Source: an uncultured candidate division Zixibacteria bacterium
GTDB taxonomy: Bacteria; Zixibacteria; MSB-5A5; GN15; FEB-12
Reading direction: 5' to 3'
Assembly: GCA_963735035.1 (NCBI GenBank)
Contig: CAVTJJ010000003.1
Location: forward strand, 1 to 64,000
Length of the DNA: 64,000 bases
In this document: piece after piece, positions 1 through 7,757 of the stretch
Layout: every line of letters begins with the position of its first letter
Position numbering within the stretch: position 1 is the stretch's first letter
Made by a program: the position numbers and the translations under genes
The notes under the pieces: generated by a model
What the model was told of the DNA's origin: nothing
Database searches by the model: none
What the model saw: only the letters and a program-made list of their open reading frames with translations

Positions 1-186
1 CGCATCGTGAAGGTTCTCAAGCCCTCCGACACGGTCAAGATAGGAGAGCTCGGATCTGAAGCGGACGACCGCGACAATTCTGTCACAGACTCGTACGCCT
101 CGGGTCTTGAAGAGCCGAAGCGCTTCGCTCGCCGGAAGGTTACCAAGGACTTTCCGGAATCCGGTAGAGGTGAGCACTCAGACTAA
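1..186 (+). CDS. 3' end of a hypothetical protein, truncated by the window edge; part of the integrative element
   Basis: Frame 1 is open from base 1 (RIVKVLKPSD...GRGEHSD) to TAA at 184-186; no recognisable motif. Confidence 0.45.
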   Translation, partial: RIVKVLKPSDTVKIGELGSEADDRDNSVTDSYASGLEEPKRFARRKVTKDFPESGRGEHSD

Positions 187-612
187 CAGATTCTCAAGCA
201 CAAGTTACGTCATCTAAATTTCCGCCCGCGCGTCATTTTTCGCACAGTAACCCCTGTCCCATCAATCACTTACTGTCATCGGTTGCGTCATTCGTCATTC
301 GTTTCCCTTGGGTAGATAGCGCCCGTCCCGAATGAAGAGCGCAGACGATCACGACCTATAGGTATCCCAATCCTCTGGGCCTCATTCGGGGCAGGCCCGG
401 AGGTTTCTTTTTGGTGGCAGACGCGGTGACCAAAGGCAGATCAGAAAGTCAGGCAGGCGACGGATCGGGATATGTGCCGCATGCCGATCCAACCATTGGA
501 ACTGCCCCCGGGCGTATCAGTCCAGCTCTTAACTCCTTCCTGCACATTCTGGCAGGACTTATCGCAGATGAAATCATAAGGCAATATCAAACCAGTGAAT
601 TGGAGGCAAATA

Positions 613-885
613 ATGACCGTCAAGACAGAATCTCCCCCCTACCAGACTGAAAAACTGATCTTCGCCGCTTATCTGATCGCTTCGAAACGCGCTGATTTGA
701 TCGGGACTCAGCCGAACGGTCGCTCGAAGAACGTCTGTTTCCTCCTATCATCCGCTCCCACGGATGAGGAAATCACAGCTTTCTTCAACGGGACCGCCCC
801 GGTTTCTGCACTCAGATATGCCGAGGCCATCGGAACACTCAAAGCTGTTGCCTACGAAGGGAGGACTAAACATGGTTCCGTTTGA
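613..885 (+). CDS. Small mobile-element protein, DUF5659-like
   Basis: GGAGG RBS at 602-606, ATG 613; pattern 'YQTEKLIFAAYLIA...FLLS...FFNGTAPVSALRYAEAIGTLK' recalls DUF5659 proteins (recognised by eye). Confidence 0.6.
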   Translation: MTVKTESPPYQTEKLIFAAYLIASKRADLIGTQPNGRSKNVCFLLSSAPTDEEITAFFNGTAPVSALRYAEAIGTLKAVAYEGRTKHGSV

Positions 886-1459
886 GCATATCATGGCCAG
901 GATAACCATCAAAGACATCTTACTTGATGCGGGTATCCCGGCGACGAAGAACAGAATACCCTGTCCAGTCCACGGGGGCGAGAACCCAACGTCATTTGCG
1001 TTCACTGATTCGTCTTTCTTCTGTCATTGTTGCGGGGCAAAGGGTGGCTTGGTGGCGCTAACCACCTATCTCCATGAATGTAGCAAGCGCGAGGCCATGG
1101 AGCGGCTCTACCGGCTGGCCGGATTCCCTCCGCCAAGTTCCGAGACGGCACCCAGTGGGTCGAAGCTGGTACCCATTTGGATTGCTACATCGCCAAAACA
1201 CTCTGAGGAATATTACGAAGCTGAAGACAAGCTGGCATGGCTTGAACTACGGCATGAGGCTTTGTCGTGTTGTCTGCGCATGGCACGACGCGCCGTTCGT
1301 GAAAGCAGAATGCCTCTAGACCAGTTCTACCTGATGGAGCAAGTCTACCTCTATGAACTTGAAGAGCTTGATCCGGTCATAATTGAAGCGAAATACAGAC
1401 TCAATCAATTGAAGAAGAAGGAATACAAACATGACAACCATACCCCAAGCGATAGTTGA
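872..1459 (+). CDS. Stand-alone CHC2 (DnaG-type) zinc-finger protein with helical C-terminus
   Basis: GGAGG RBS then ATG 872; motif CPVH-x-E-x2-SF...FFCHCCGAKGG; no Toprim domain in the remaining residues. Confidence 0.8.
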   Translation: MVPFEHIMARITIKDILLDAGIPATKNRIPCPVHGGENPTSFAFTDSSFFCHCCGAKGGLVALTTYLHECSKREAMERLYRLAGFPPPSSETAPSGSKLVPIWIATSPKHSEEYYEAEDKLAWLELRHEALSCCLRMARRAVRESRMPLDQFYLMEQVYLYELEELDPVIIEAKYRLNQLKKKEYKHDNHTPSDS

Positions 1460-2852
1460 CGAAACCTTTTGTGAAAACAGTATACCTCGCGAGTATGAAC
1501 AGCTAAGGGACACTATCGTTTCACGGTTCGACGAGCGGGTGTGGTTTATGACAGAGGCTGCCCTCTCCGTCTGTGTATCCTGCTTGCTTAATGACATAGC
1601 CAACCCCGTCGCCCTGATATTAGTTGACGGCCCCTCAACGGAGAAAACCACCGTCCTGGATTTTCTCGATGGTCTGCCCTACTGCCATCGAGTGGACAAG
1701 TTCACGCCTGCAAGTTTTCTCACCCAGTCAGGCAACGTCAAGAAGAAGGACCTCAAGAACGTCGACCTTCTGGCCAAAATCCCCTATAAGACAGTCCTCA
1801 TCCCAGAAATGGGACCCCTTTTCAATCAGCCGAAAGAAATCCTGTTGGAGAATTACGCAACTCTGGCCCGCGTCCTGGACGGCACTGGTCTGTCCAGCGC
1901 GGGAGCCGTGCATGGCCAGCGATCACTAACCGGGGACTATATCTTCGGCCTACTGGGTGCCACAACCCCTCTCGGTCAAACGGCATGGAACACGATGGGG
2001 AAGATCGGCTCCCGATTGTTGTTCTTGAACGCTCCAGCCCGCCTATCACGCACAGATCGTCAACAGCGGGCAAGGCTCATACTTACGGAACCGATGCATT
2101 ACAAACGTAAGAAGCGCCTTGCCAAAGAAGCAGTAGGGAAATTCCTGTCGTCGTTCTTTGATCGATTCAAACCCAACGATTATCAACCACCCGAGGAAGC
2201 ACCAGCTGGTCTCGACTCGCGTGATGCACTGCTTGTGCATTGTGGCTATCTTCCAAGGTCAGTTAAGTGGAACCAAGAAGACCATTGCGGAGAGACAACT
2301 GAAACCATCGCTCTTCTGGCTGAGTTTGTCACTACTGCCAGGCAGGACATAAGGGTCTGGACTGAACGGGGCGAGGATGGTCACTCGGAGACCAATTCTA
2401 CCGGGACCGTCAATGAGGGTGTTGATCGATTCACGGCAGTTATTTATAATCTGGCTCGGTCGCACGCCTTGCTTGAGGGTCGCACCAAAGTCACAACAGA
2501 AGACCTGCCGCTGGTCATAGCAGTAGCTCTCTCCTGCTTACCCGATGACCGACGGAAGGGAATAGAACTCGTGATCGATCCGAGCATCCCGTGCAAAAAG
2601 TCACCGCGGGGTTCCTTTACGCAAACCGAACTTGAGGAGCTGATGAAAGTCAGCGACAAGACTGCAAAAATGATCATGAGGAAACTGGATCTACTGGGAT
2701 TAGGCAAAGTTGAAAATGGGGTGGGAACAATCGAAGCTCGGTTCATGCTGAACCTCGATTACGAATGGCTACTAACCGACGAGTTCTACCAGCACTACCG
2801 CCCCTGGGATAAGAAGAAGGACGCAGAAAGCACAATCCAAATCCCTTTTTAG
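1431..2852 (+). CDS. MCM-like AAA+ ATPase/helicase with C-terminal winged helix
   Basis: Divergent Walker A (DGPSTEKTT), Walker B-like TVLIPE, sensor-1 LLGATT, Arg finger IGSRLL, MCM-lid-like LARSHALLEGRTKVTTEDL, wHTH-like FTQTELEELMKVSDKTAKMIMRKL. Confidence 0.65.
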   Translation: MTTIPQAIVDETFCENSIPREYEQLRDTIVSRFDERVWFMTEAALSVCVSCLLNDIANPVALILVDGPSTEKTTVLDFLDGLPYCHRVDKFTPASFLTQSGNVKKKDLKNVDLLAKIPYKTVLIPEMGPLFNQPKEILLENYATLARVLDGTGLSSAGAVHGQRSLTGDYIFGLLGATTPLGQTAWNTMGKIGSRLLFLNAPARLSRTDRQQRARLILTEPMHYKRKKRLAKEAVGKFLSSFFDRFKPNDYQPPEEAPAGLDSRDALLVHCGYLPRSVKWNQEDHCGETTETIALLAEFVTTARQDIRVWTERGEDGHSETNSTGTVNEGVDRFTAVIYNLARSHALLEGRTKVTTEDLPLVIAVALSCLPDDRRKGIELVIDPSIPCKKSPRGSFTQTELEELMKVSDKTAKMIMRKLDLLGLGKVENGVGTIEARFMLNLDYEWLLTDEFYQHYRPWDKKKDAESTIQIPF

Positions 2853-2982
2853 CTCGGAATATTTACCAGGTGTGTATATGAATATATATATGTACCAATT
2901 AGTTATGAGTGTTTCAAGGGCTGTTCAATGAGGGACAGAGTTCAAGAATGTGGTTGCGATTGTCATTGGGGAGTGTACTTTC

Positions 2983-4656
2983 ATGAGTGATATGAACGCC
3001 GCCATCTACGCTCGATACAGCAGTGACGCACAAAACCCGAGATCGCTGGACGATCAGGTGAACGAGTGCCGGGCCGTTGCAACCAAGAGAGGATGGCTGG
3101 TAGCCGATGATCATGTCTTTCTCGACGCGGCTCTGTCCGGATCAGACACGCATCGCCCAGCTTATCTGCAGCTGAAACAGGCAGCACTTCATGGACTATT
3201 CGACCACATAGTTGTAGATGACCTCTCAAGACTAGGCCGAGACATGGCTGAATCTGCCACGATTTTCAGCGAGCTGTCGGAGTTTGGGGTAACACTCATT
3301 TCTGTTGCAGATGGAATCGATACTTCCAATCCATCAGCGAAAATCCCCTTCTACTTCAAAGGGATAATGAACGAAATGTTCTTGGACGACATGCGGGCCA
3401 AGATCGTTCGAGGACTCAAGGGTCAGGTCCTGCGCGGCTACTCTGCTGGTGGACGGGTCTACGGATACAAGACTAACCAGATTCTTGATCCGTCCGGTGC
3501 CACCGACAAGTTCGGAAGACCCAAACGGCTGGGCTGTGAAGTCTTGATCGACCAGGAACAAGCTAAGATCGTGCGGCGAATCTTTGAAATGAAGGCGTCA
3601 GGCCACGGCTACCGCAGCATCGCTGACGTTTTGAATCAGATGGGCGTCCCATCCCCTCATGCAGGCTGTGGGGGCCGTGCGGGCTTCTGGTCACGCTCGA
3701 CCGTTCGAGCGTTGGTCCTGCAACGCAAATATCTGGGCGATTGGACATGGAACAAGACCCGCTGGCTTAAGAAGTCGCGGGGAGCCAAGAGGATCAAGAA
3801 GGACAGACCCGATTCGGAGTGGGTGAAGCACAACTGCGAGGCACTTCGTATCATCTCCGATGACCTCTGGGATTCAGTTCACTCGACAGGTGTCAGAACC
3901 TACCGCACGTCGCCAGGACCAAGGGGTCGCTATCTTCTATCCGGTGTTTTGAAGTGTGATCGGTGCGGCGCGTCTCTTGTTGTTCAGAACAGCGGCAGGT
4001 CGTCAGTTTATGTTTGCGGCAGCTTCCGTAACAGCGGCACGGCAGTCTGTTCAAACAACCATCGACTGTCCCGATTCGTGTTGGAGGAAAGGTTCTGTAA
4101 TGAACTCAGTCAGGTATTGATAGATCCGAGCGTACTTGGGGAACTTACCAGAGAAACCAAACTGGTCCTTGAGGAAAAAGTGGCGAGCGACAAAGGCCAA
4201 TCTCAAGGCTTGGTACAGCAAAAACAACAGATTGAACGCGGACTTGCCAACCTCGTCAGCTTGGTCGAAGGCGGGGATATATCTCAGACTATCAGCCGCC
4301 GCATATCTGAACTTGAGAAGGAATTGGAAGCTATTGCCACCAAGCTTGCCAAAGCGTTCCGCTCATCGAGCAGGCAACCAGTTGTCACAACCGACCTGGT
4401 GGCTTCTATACTTGGAGACTTGCAGGGGTTGCTTGGCAAATCGACTGGCGACTTGGGGAGCCTCAAGCAGGCAATAAAAAACCTCTTCCCTGGGCATCTT
4501 TCGGTGGCCCAGGAAGAGGCTGGTGCTGGCGTCAGTTTCAGGGTCAGTGGGAGCCTTCACCCATTCAAGTGGCTCACAACTCCCACTTCCCTAATGTCAA
4601 ATAGCGGTGCAGGGACTCGAACCCCGGACACGCGGATTATGATTCCGCTGCTCTAA
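2983..4656 (+). CDS. Large serine recombinase (resolvase + recombinase + Zn-ribbon + coiled coil)
   Basis: YARYSS catalytic Ser, DDLSRLGR, YGY motif, LLSGVLKCDRCG...YVC...C zinc ribbon; GGGGAG RBS before ATG 2983. Confidence 0.95.
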   Translation: MSDMNAAIYARYSSDAQNPRSLDDQVNECRAVATKRGWLVADDHVFLDAALSGSDTHRPAYLQLKQAALHGLFDHIVVDDLSRLGRDMAESATIFSELSEFGVTLISVADGIDTSNPSAKIPFYFKGIMNEMFLDDMRAKIVRGLKGQVLRGYSAGGRVYGYKTNQILDPSGATDKFGRPKRLGCEVLIDQEQAKIVRRIFEMKASGHGYRSIADVLNQMGVPSPHAGCGGRAGFWSRSTVRALVLQRKYLGDWTWNKTRWLKKSRGAKRIKKDRPDSEWVKHNCEALRIISDDLWDSVHSTGVRTYRTSPGPRGRYLLSGVLKCDRCGASLVVQNSGRSSVYVCGSFRNSGTAVCSNNHRLSRFVLEERFCNELSQVLIDPSVLGELTRETKLVLEEKVASDKGQSQGLVQQKQQIERGLANLVSLVEGGDISQTISRRISELEKELEAIATKLAKAFRSSSRQPVVTTDLVASILGDLQGLLGKSTGDLGSLKQAIKNLFPGHLSVAQEEAGAGVSFRVSGSLHPFKWLTTPTSLMSNSGAGTRTPDTRIMIPLL

Positions 4657-4675
4657 CCAACTGAGCTACACCGCC
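4602..4675 (-). tRNA. tRNA-Met (CAT), probably elongator; CCA not encoded
   Basis: GGCGGTG TAGCTCAGTTGGTTAGAGC A GCGGA ATCATAA TCCGC GTGTC CGGGG TTCGAGT CCCTG CACCGCT A folds into a cloverleaf. Confidence 0.95.
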
Positions 4676-4875
4676 ATCTCATCACCGAAATTTGGGACGT
4701 CAAAATCGACTAATTCCCTCCCGAAGTCAAGCGGGATTCAATCGCAGGCGACCATCCCCGCCGTCCACTACTTATCTCGTGCTTAATACCCCCCTGACAA
4801 CGCGGACATTCGACTCGACTGAGCTCAACATGTCAGTCAACCATCGCCTTCAGACCACCCCGACTAGAATCAGAC

Positions 4876-5012
4876 ACAAAAAGAAAGGCGGCCTGCCCTG
4901 GCCGCCTTTCAGAGTTGGTAAAGGAGTTCTCCCTCACAAAGAACCCCTTCGCCCCGTCTCTTAAATACCCTTCACCGCCATACTGCGTATATTTAAGAGT
5001 AACTAACTGCAT
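4876..5012 (-). ncRNA. Candidate sigma54-dependent small RNA, about 135 nt, three hairpins
   Basis: Two 11-bp stems (4958-4968/4989-4999 and 4921-4931/4939-4949) followed by a GC-rich terminator and U-tract; upstream -24/-12 motif. Confidence 0.55.
4878..4910 (-). terminator. Intrinsic terminator of the candidate sRNA
   Basis: GAAAGGCGGCCAGGGCAGGCCGCCTTTC followed by TTTTT on the minus strand. Confidence 0.8.
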
Positions 5013-5023
5013 CCAGAGTATAC

Positions 5024-5038
5024 TCAAGCTCCGTGCCA
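5024..5038 (-). promoter_or_regulatory. Putative sigma54 -24/-12 promoter
   Basis: TGGCACGGAGCTTGA = TGGCACG-N4-TTG(A); the -12 C is replaced by A. Confidence 0.55.
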
Positions 5039-5282
5039 AACCGATCGTTTGTGTCGGTTATACGTCATAACTCCTTGCTGTAAAATATCATGCAACTATC
5101 ATGACACTCCCATGACACACAAATTTGATTCGTCGAATCGCAGGTCCTGCGCGAAATCCGGCGTCACGATGAAGCCCTACTCTCCCACCGCCTATACGGC
5201 AACGACTTAGGTGACGCATCGACTGCGCCAGCACGACGCCGATTCTGCCCTCTTTCTGTGCCTTGTGGATAGAGAATCGTCC

Positions 5283-5317
5283 AAAATGAAGAACCGGCGC
5301 CAGATCGACGCCGGTTC
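5283..5317 (-). terminator. Intrinsic terminator of the OMP/lipoprotein operon
   Basis: GAACCGGCG/CGCCGGTTC stem followed by TTCATTTT on the minus strand. Confidence 0.6.
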
Positions 5318-5345
5318 AGTATCATTATACCACGAAATTCATCGA

Positions 5346-5894
5346 CTATTTGCTGGCCGACACGGTGATAATGATCTTACCGTTGGTCACCAAGAATTCA
5401 GAGTCACCCGTGTCACCGCAACTCTGGCCGTAATAATCAAATCGGCCGGTCTTTACGATGGCCTTGAAGGCGGCCAGATTGCTGATATGACCGAGGGATT
5501 CGGAATAGGTGACAGTAGTCGTTCCACCTGCTGCAACAGACAGACCATTGATTACCCGGACAGTATCGGCGGGCATAGAGCTTGGCACGGCCGACTCGTC
5601 CGCCGCTCCTGTTGCCGCCGCGAACCAGACGTTGAATTCGCAGTCTGACGCGGAGGTGTTCTCAATCTTGAACTCAAATCCTAGCGCGTCGATATTGTCG
5701 ATCTCATCCTTATGATCTTCCCAGGTGGAATTAGTGGTCAGATCTATTGGACGCCAGTAGAACGGATCGCCGGCGCGAAAACTAAAGTTGATGTCCTCTA
5801 CCACCACAAACGTCCCGGACACCAGACAACCGGCAACGACCAGACCCGTCAGGATCAGACCGATCAATCCAAGTTTCTTATATAGTGTATTCAT
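5346..5894 (-). CDS. Hypothetical lipoprotein
   Basis: Basic N-terminus, hydrophobic stretch, lipobox-like VVAGC; GGAG RBS. Confidence 0.75.
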   Translation of the reverse strand: MNTLYKKLGLIGLILTGLVVAGCLVSGTFVVVEDINFSFRAGDPFYWRPIDLTTNSTWEDHKDEIDNIDALGFEFKIENTSASDCEFNVWFAAATGAADESAVPSSMPADTVRVINGLSVAAGGTTTVTYSESLGHISNLAAFKAIVKTGRFDYYGQSCGDTGDSEFLVTNGKIIITVSASK

Positions 5895-5907
5895 GGTCGT
5901 CGTCTCC

Positions 5908-6476
5908 TCACTTGGCGCCGAAGCTGCCGAAGCTATAGTTTAGGCCGACCGTGCCGCCGACCGCTTTCTTGGACCCACCGGCTTCCTGCGGCGCGACAAT
6001 CGCCTTGGCCCGGATATCGATTCCGAGACTGGGCATCAGGCCGATCCCCGAGTCCGAGACCTGCCGACCAACCGATCTTCGACGATTCATAACCGGTAGC
6101 GTCGTTCTTCACTTTGTACGAACCAAAGCCGGCCACAAAGAACGGCGAGATACCCATCGATCCCGGAAGGTTGCCGAGAGTTGCTTCGAGACCGAACGAC
6201 GTCACCTTGGAGCCGTCGATTCCCAGAGAAATATTATCAACCGGGTCCGGTTCTCCCCATTTAACGAAAGAGATATACGGTTCAAGAACTGCTATCGAGC
6301 CTACGACCGAGCCGACCTCTGAAACCGAATTCAGTACCATTGGCCTGGTCGTCCTGAAGGATGGGGTAGCTGAGGCCCGCGAAGGCCCCTGCTCCCAGCT
6401 TGAGGCCGCCCTGAGCGAACGCTGTGGGCACCGCCGCCAGGATCAACAGGCACCCTACCATAAACGCTTTCTTCAT
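5908..6476 (-). CDS. Outer-membrane beta-barrel protein, split by two apparent frameshifts (~6310 and ~6045)
   Basis: Signal peptide MKKAFMVG...AFA; three consecutive ORF fragments join into alternating beta-strand patterns ending GGTVGLNYSF. Confidence 0.65.
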
Positions 6477-6679
6477 CAATTGTCCTCCTGTTCAAGAATC
6501 AAAGACTTCACTGTACGCACCAAAAGCTATTCGGTCGACGATTACGTGTCAACCAACATACGCGTGGCGAAACCCAACTGTTGGGAGCCGCCCATAGCTC
6601 CGCGCGAGTCTCTTTCGGCTGAGCGAAGGTCGATCCGGCGAGCCGCTCGAAAAAAATCGGCCACTCGAATAAAAAGGCC

Positions 6680-6747
6680 TTGACATTTTTTCGCAACTTT
6701 ATATACTGGTCGGCGTTAATTAAACAAAAAGGTAGCGTTTATTAAAC
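6680..6747 (+). promoter_or_regulatory. Sigma70 promoter and tandem palindromic operators of the polyamine operon
   Basis: TTGACA (6680-6685)-N16-TATACT (6702-6707); GTTAATTAAAC (6715-6725) and GTTTATTAAAC (6737-6747), 22 bp apart. Confidence 0.65.
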
Positions 6748-6768
6748 ACGCAAAGACAGGATCGATAC

Positions 6769-7311
6769 TTGGAACTGAAACTGGGCCAGAAAATAAAAAC
6801 CCTTCGACTCGCCTCGGATCTCACCCAGACCGAGCTGGCCGATCGCGCTTATCTGACCAAGGGTTTCATCTCCCAAATCGAAAACGACCAGTGTTCCATC
6901 TCGGTGGACTCCCTGGCCGATATCCTGGAAGCGCTGAGCGTCTCCTTTCAGGAATTCTTCAGCGATAAATCCGATCCGGAAGTTGTCTTTGCGCCGGGAC
7001 ATCGGATTCCGGTCGAAGGCAAGGGGGCCAGCCGTTTTGAGTTGCTAGTGCCCGGTTCGACCAACAACGAAATGGACCCGATCCTGGTCGAAATGAAGCC
7101 GGGGGAACGCCTCGAGGCTTTCGACCCTCATCCGGGAGAACAATTCGGCTACGTCCTGAAGGGCGAAGCCACTTTGAAGCTGGGCAAGAAGGAATACCGC
7201 GTGCGCGCTAATCACTGCTTCTATTTCGAGGCGGATCAGCCCAGCCAGATAATGAACAAGAGTCGCGCGATGGTCAGGCTGCTGTGGGTTACCGCCCCGC
7301 CGCAGATGTAA
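6769..7311 (+). CDS. XRE-family HTH + cupin transcriptional regulator (PuuR-like)
   Basis: LTQTELADRAYLTKGFISQIEND HTH; cupin HPGEQFGYVLKG; TTG start. Confidence 0.9.
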   Translation: MELKLGQKIKTLRLASDLTQTELADRAYLTKGFISQIENDQCSISVDSLADILEALSVSFQEFFSDKSDPEVVFAPGHRIPVEGKGASRFELLVPGSTNNEMDPILVEMKPGERLEAFDPHPGEQFGYVLKGEATLKLGKKEYRVRANHCFYFEADQPSQIMNKSRAMVRLLWVTAPPQM

Positions 7312-7330
7312 GACCGGAGGAGTATGAAAT

Positions 7331-7744
7331 ATGAAAATTCTAGGACGTCACCTTATCGCCGAGTACGTTGACTGCGCCCCGGACAGGCTGGACGATGCCC
7401 CGTACATCGAAAAGTGCCTGCTGGAGGCGGTCCGTCGTTCCGGTGCAACCATTATCAATTCGGTCTTTCATCGCTACGCCCCTCAGGGTGTCTCCGGGGT
7501 GGTGGTAATCGCCGAATCGCATATGTCGATTCATACCTGGCCGGAATACAACTACGCCGCGGTGGATTTCTTTACCTGCGGGCAGGCAGTCGACCCGTAC
7601 AAAGCCAACGAGTACCTCAAGGAGATGCTGGGCAGCTCCAATGCCTGGGTCACCGAAGTCAGCCGCGGGATCCCGTCGGATTCCGACGAAATCATTCAGC
7701 ACAAACCGACGGCGCTCAAGGCGACCCGTACGGCGGCCGGTTAG
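7331..7744 (+). CDS. speD: S-adenosylmethionine decarboxylase proenzyme
   Basis: GRHLIAE...PQGVSGVVVIAESHMSIHTWPE...DFFTCG signature with ES self-cleavage site. Confidence 0.95.
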   Translation: MKILGRHLIAEYVDCAPDRLDDAPYIEKCLLEAVRRSGATIINSVFHRYAPQGVSGVVVIAESHMSIHTWPEYNYAAVDFFTCGQAVDPYKANEYLKEMLGSSNAWVTEVSRGIPSDSDEIIQHKPTALKATRTAAG

Positions 7745-7757
7745 CGGGAGGAATGAA

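Larger units (their letters stand above)
1..4601. mobile_element. Right-hand part of an integrative element / genomic island at the 3' end of tRNA-Met; left end outside the window
   Basis: Co-oriented replication-type genes plus a large serine recombinase whose ORF runs into the tRNA 3' end; host genes resume beyond the tRNA. Confidence 0.8.

Noticed and set aside
411..650. 79-aa ORF upstream of the DUF5659-like gene
   Set aside because: No clear RBS or start and no recognisable domain. The helical segment (ALNSFLHILAGLIADEII) could be a real small element protein, but I cannot support it
4833..5039. 68-aa minus-strand ORF
   Set aside because: It starts inside the putative promoter and reads through a strong terminator; an RNA gene explains the region better, though a leaderless peptide from ATG 5012 is not excluded
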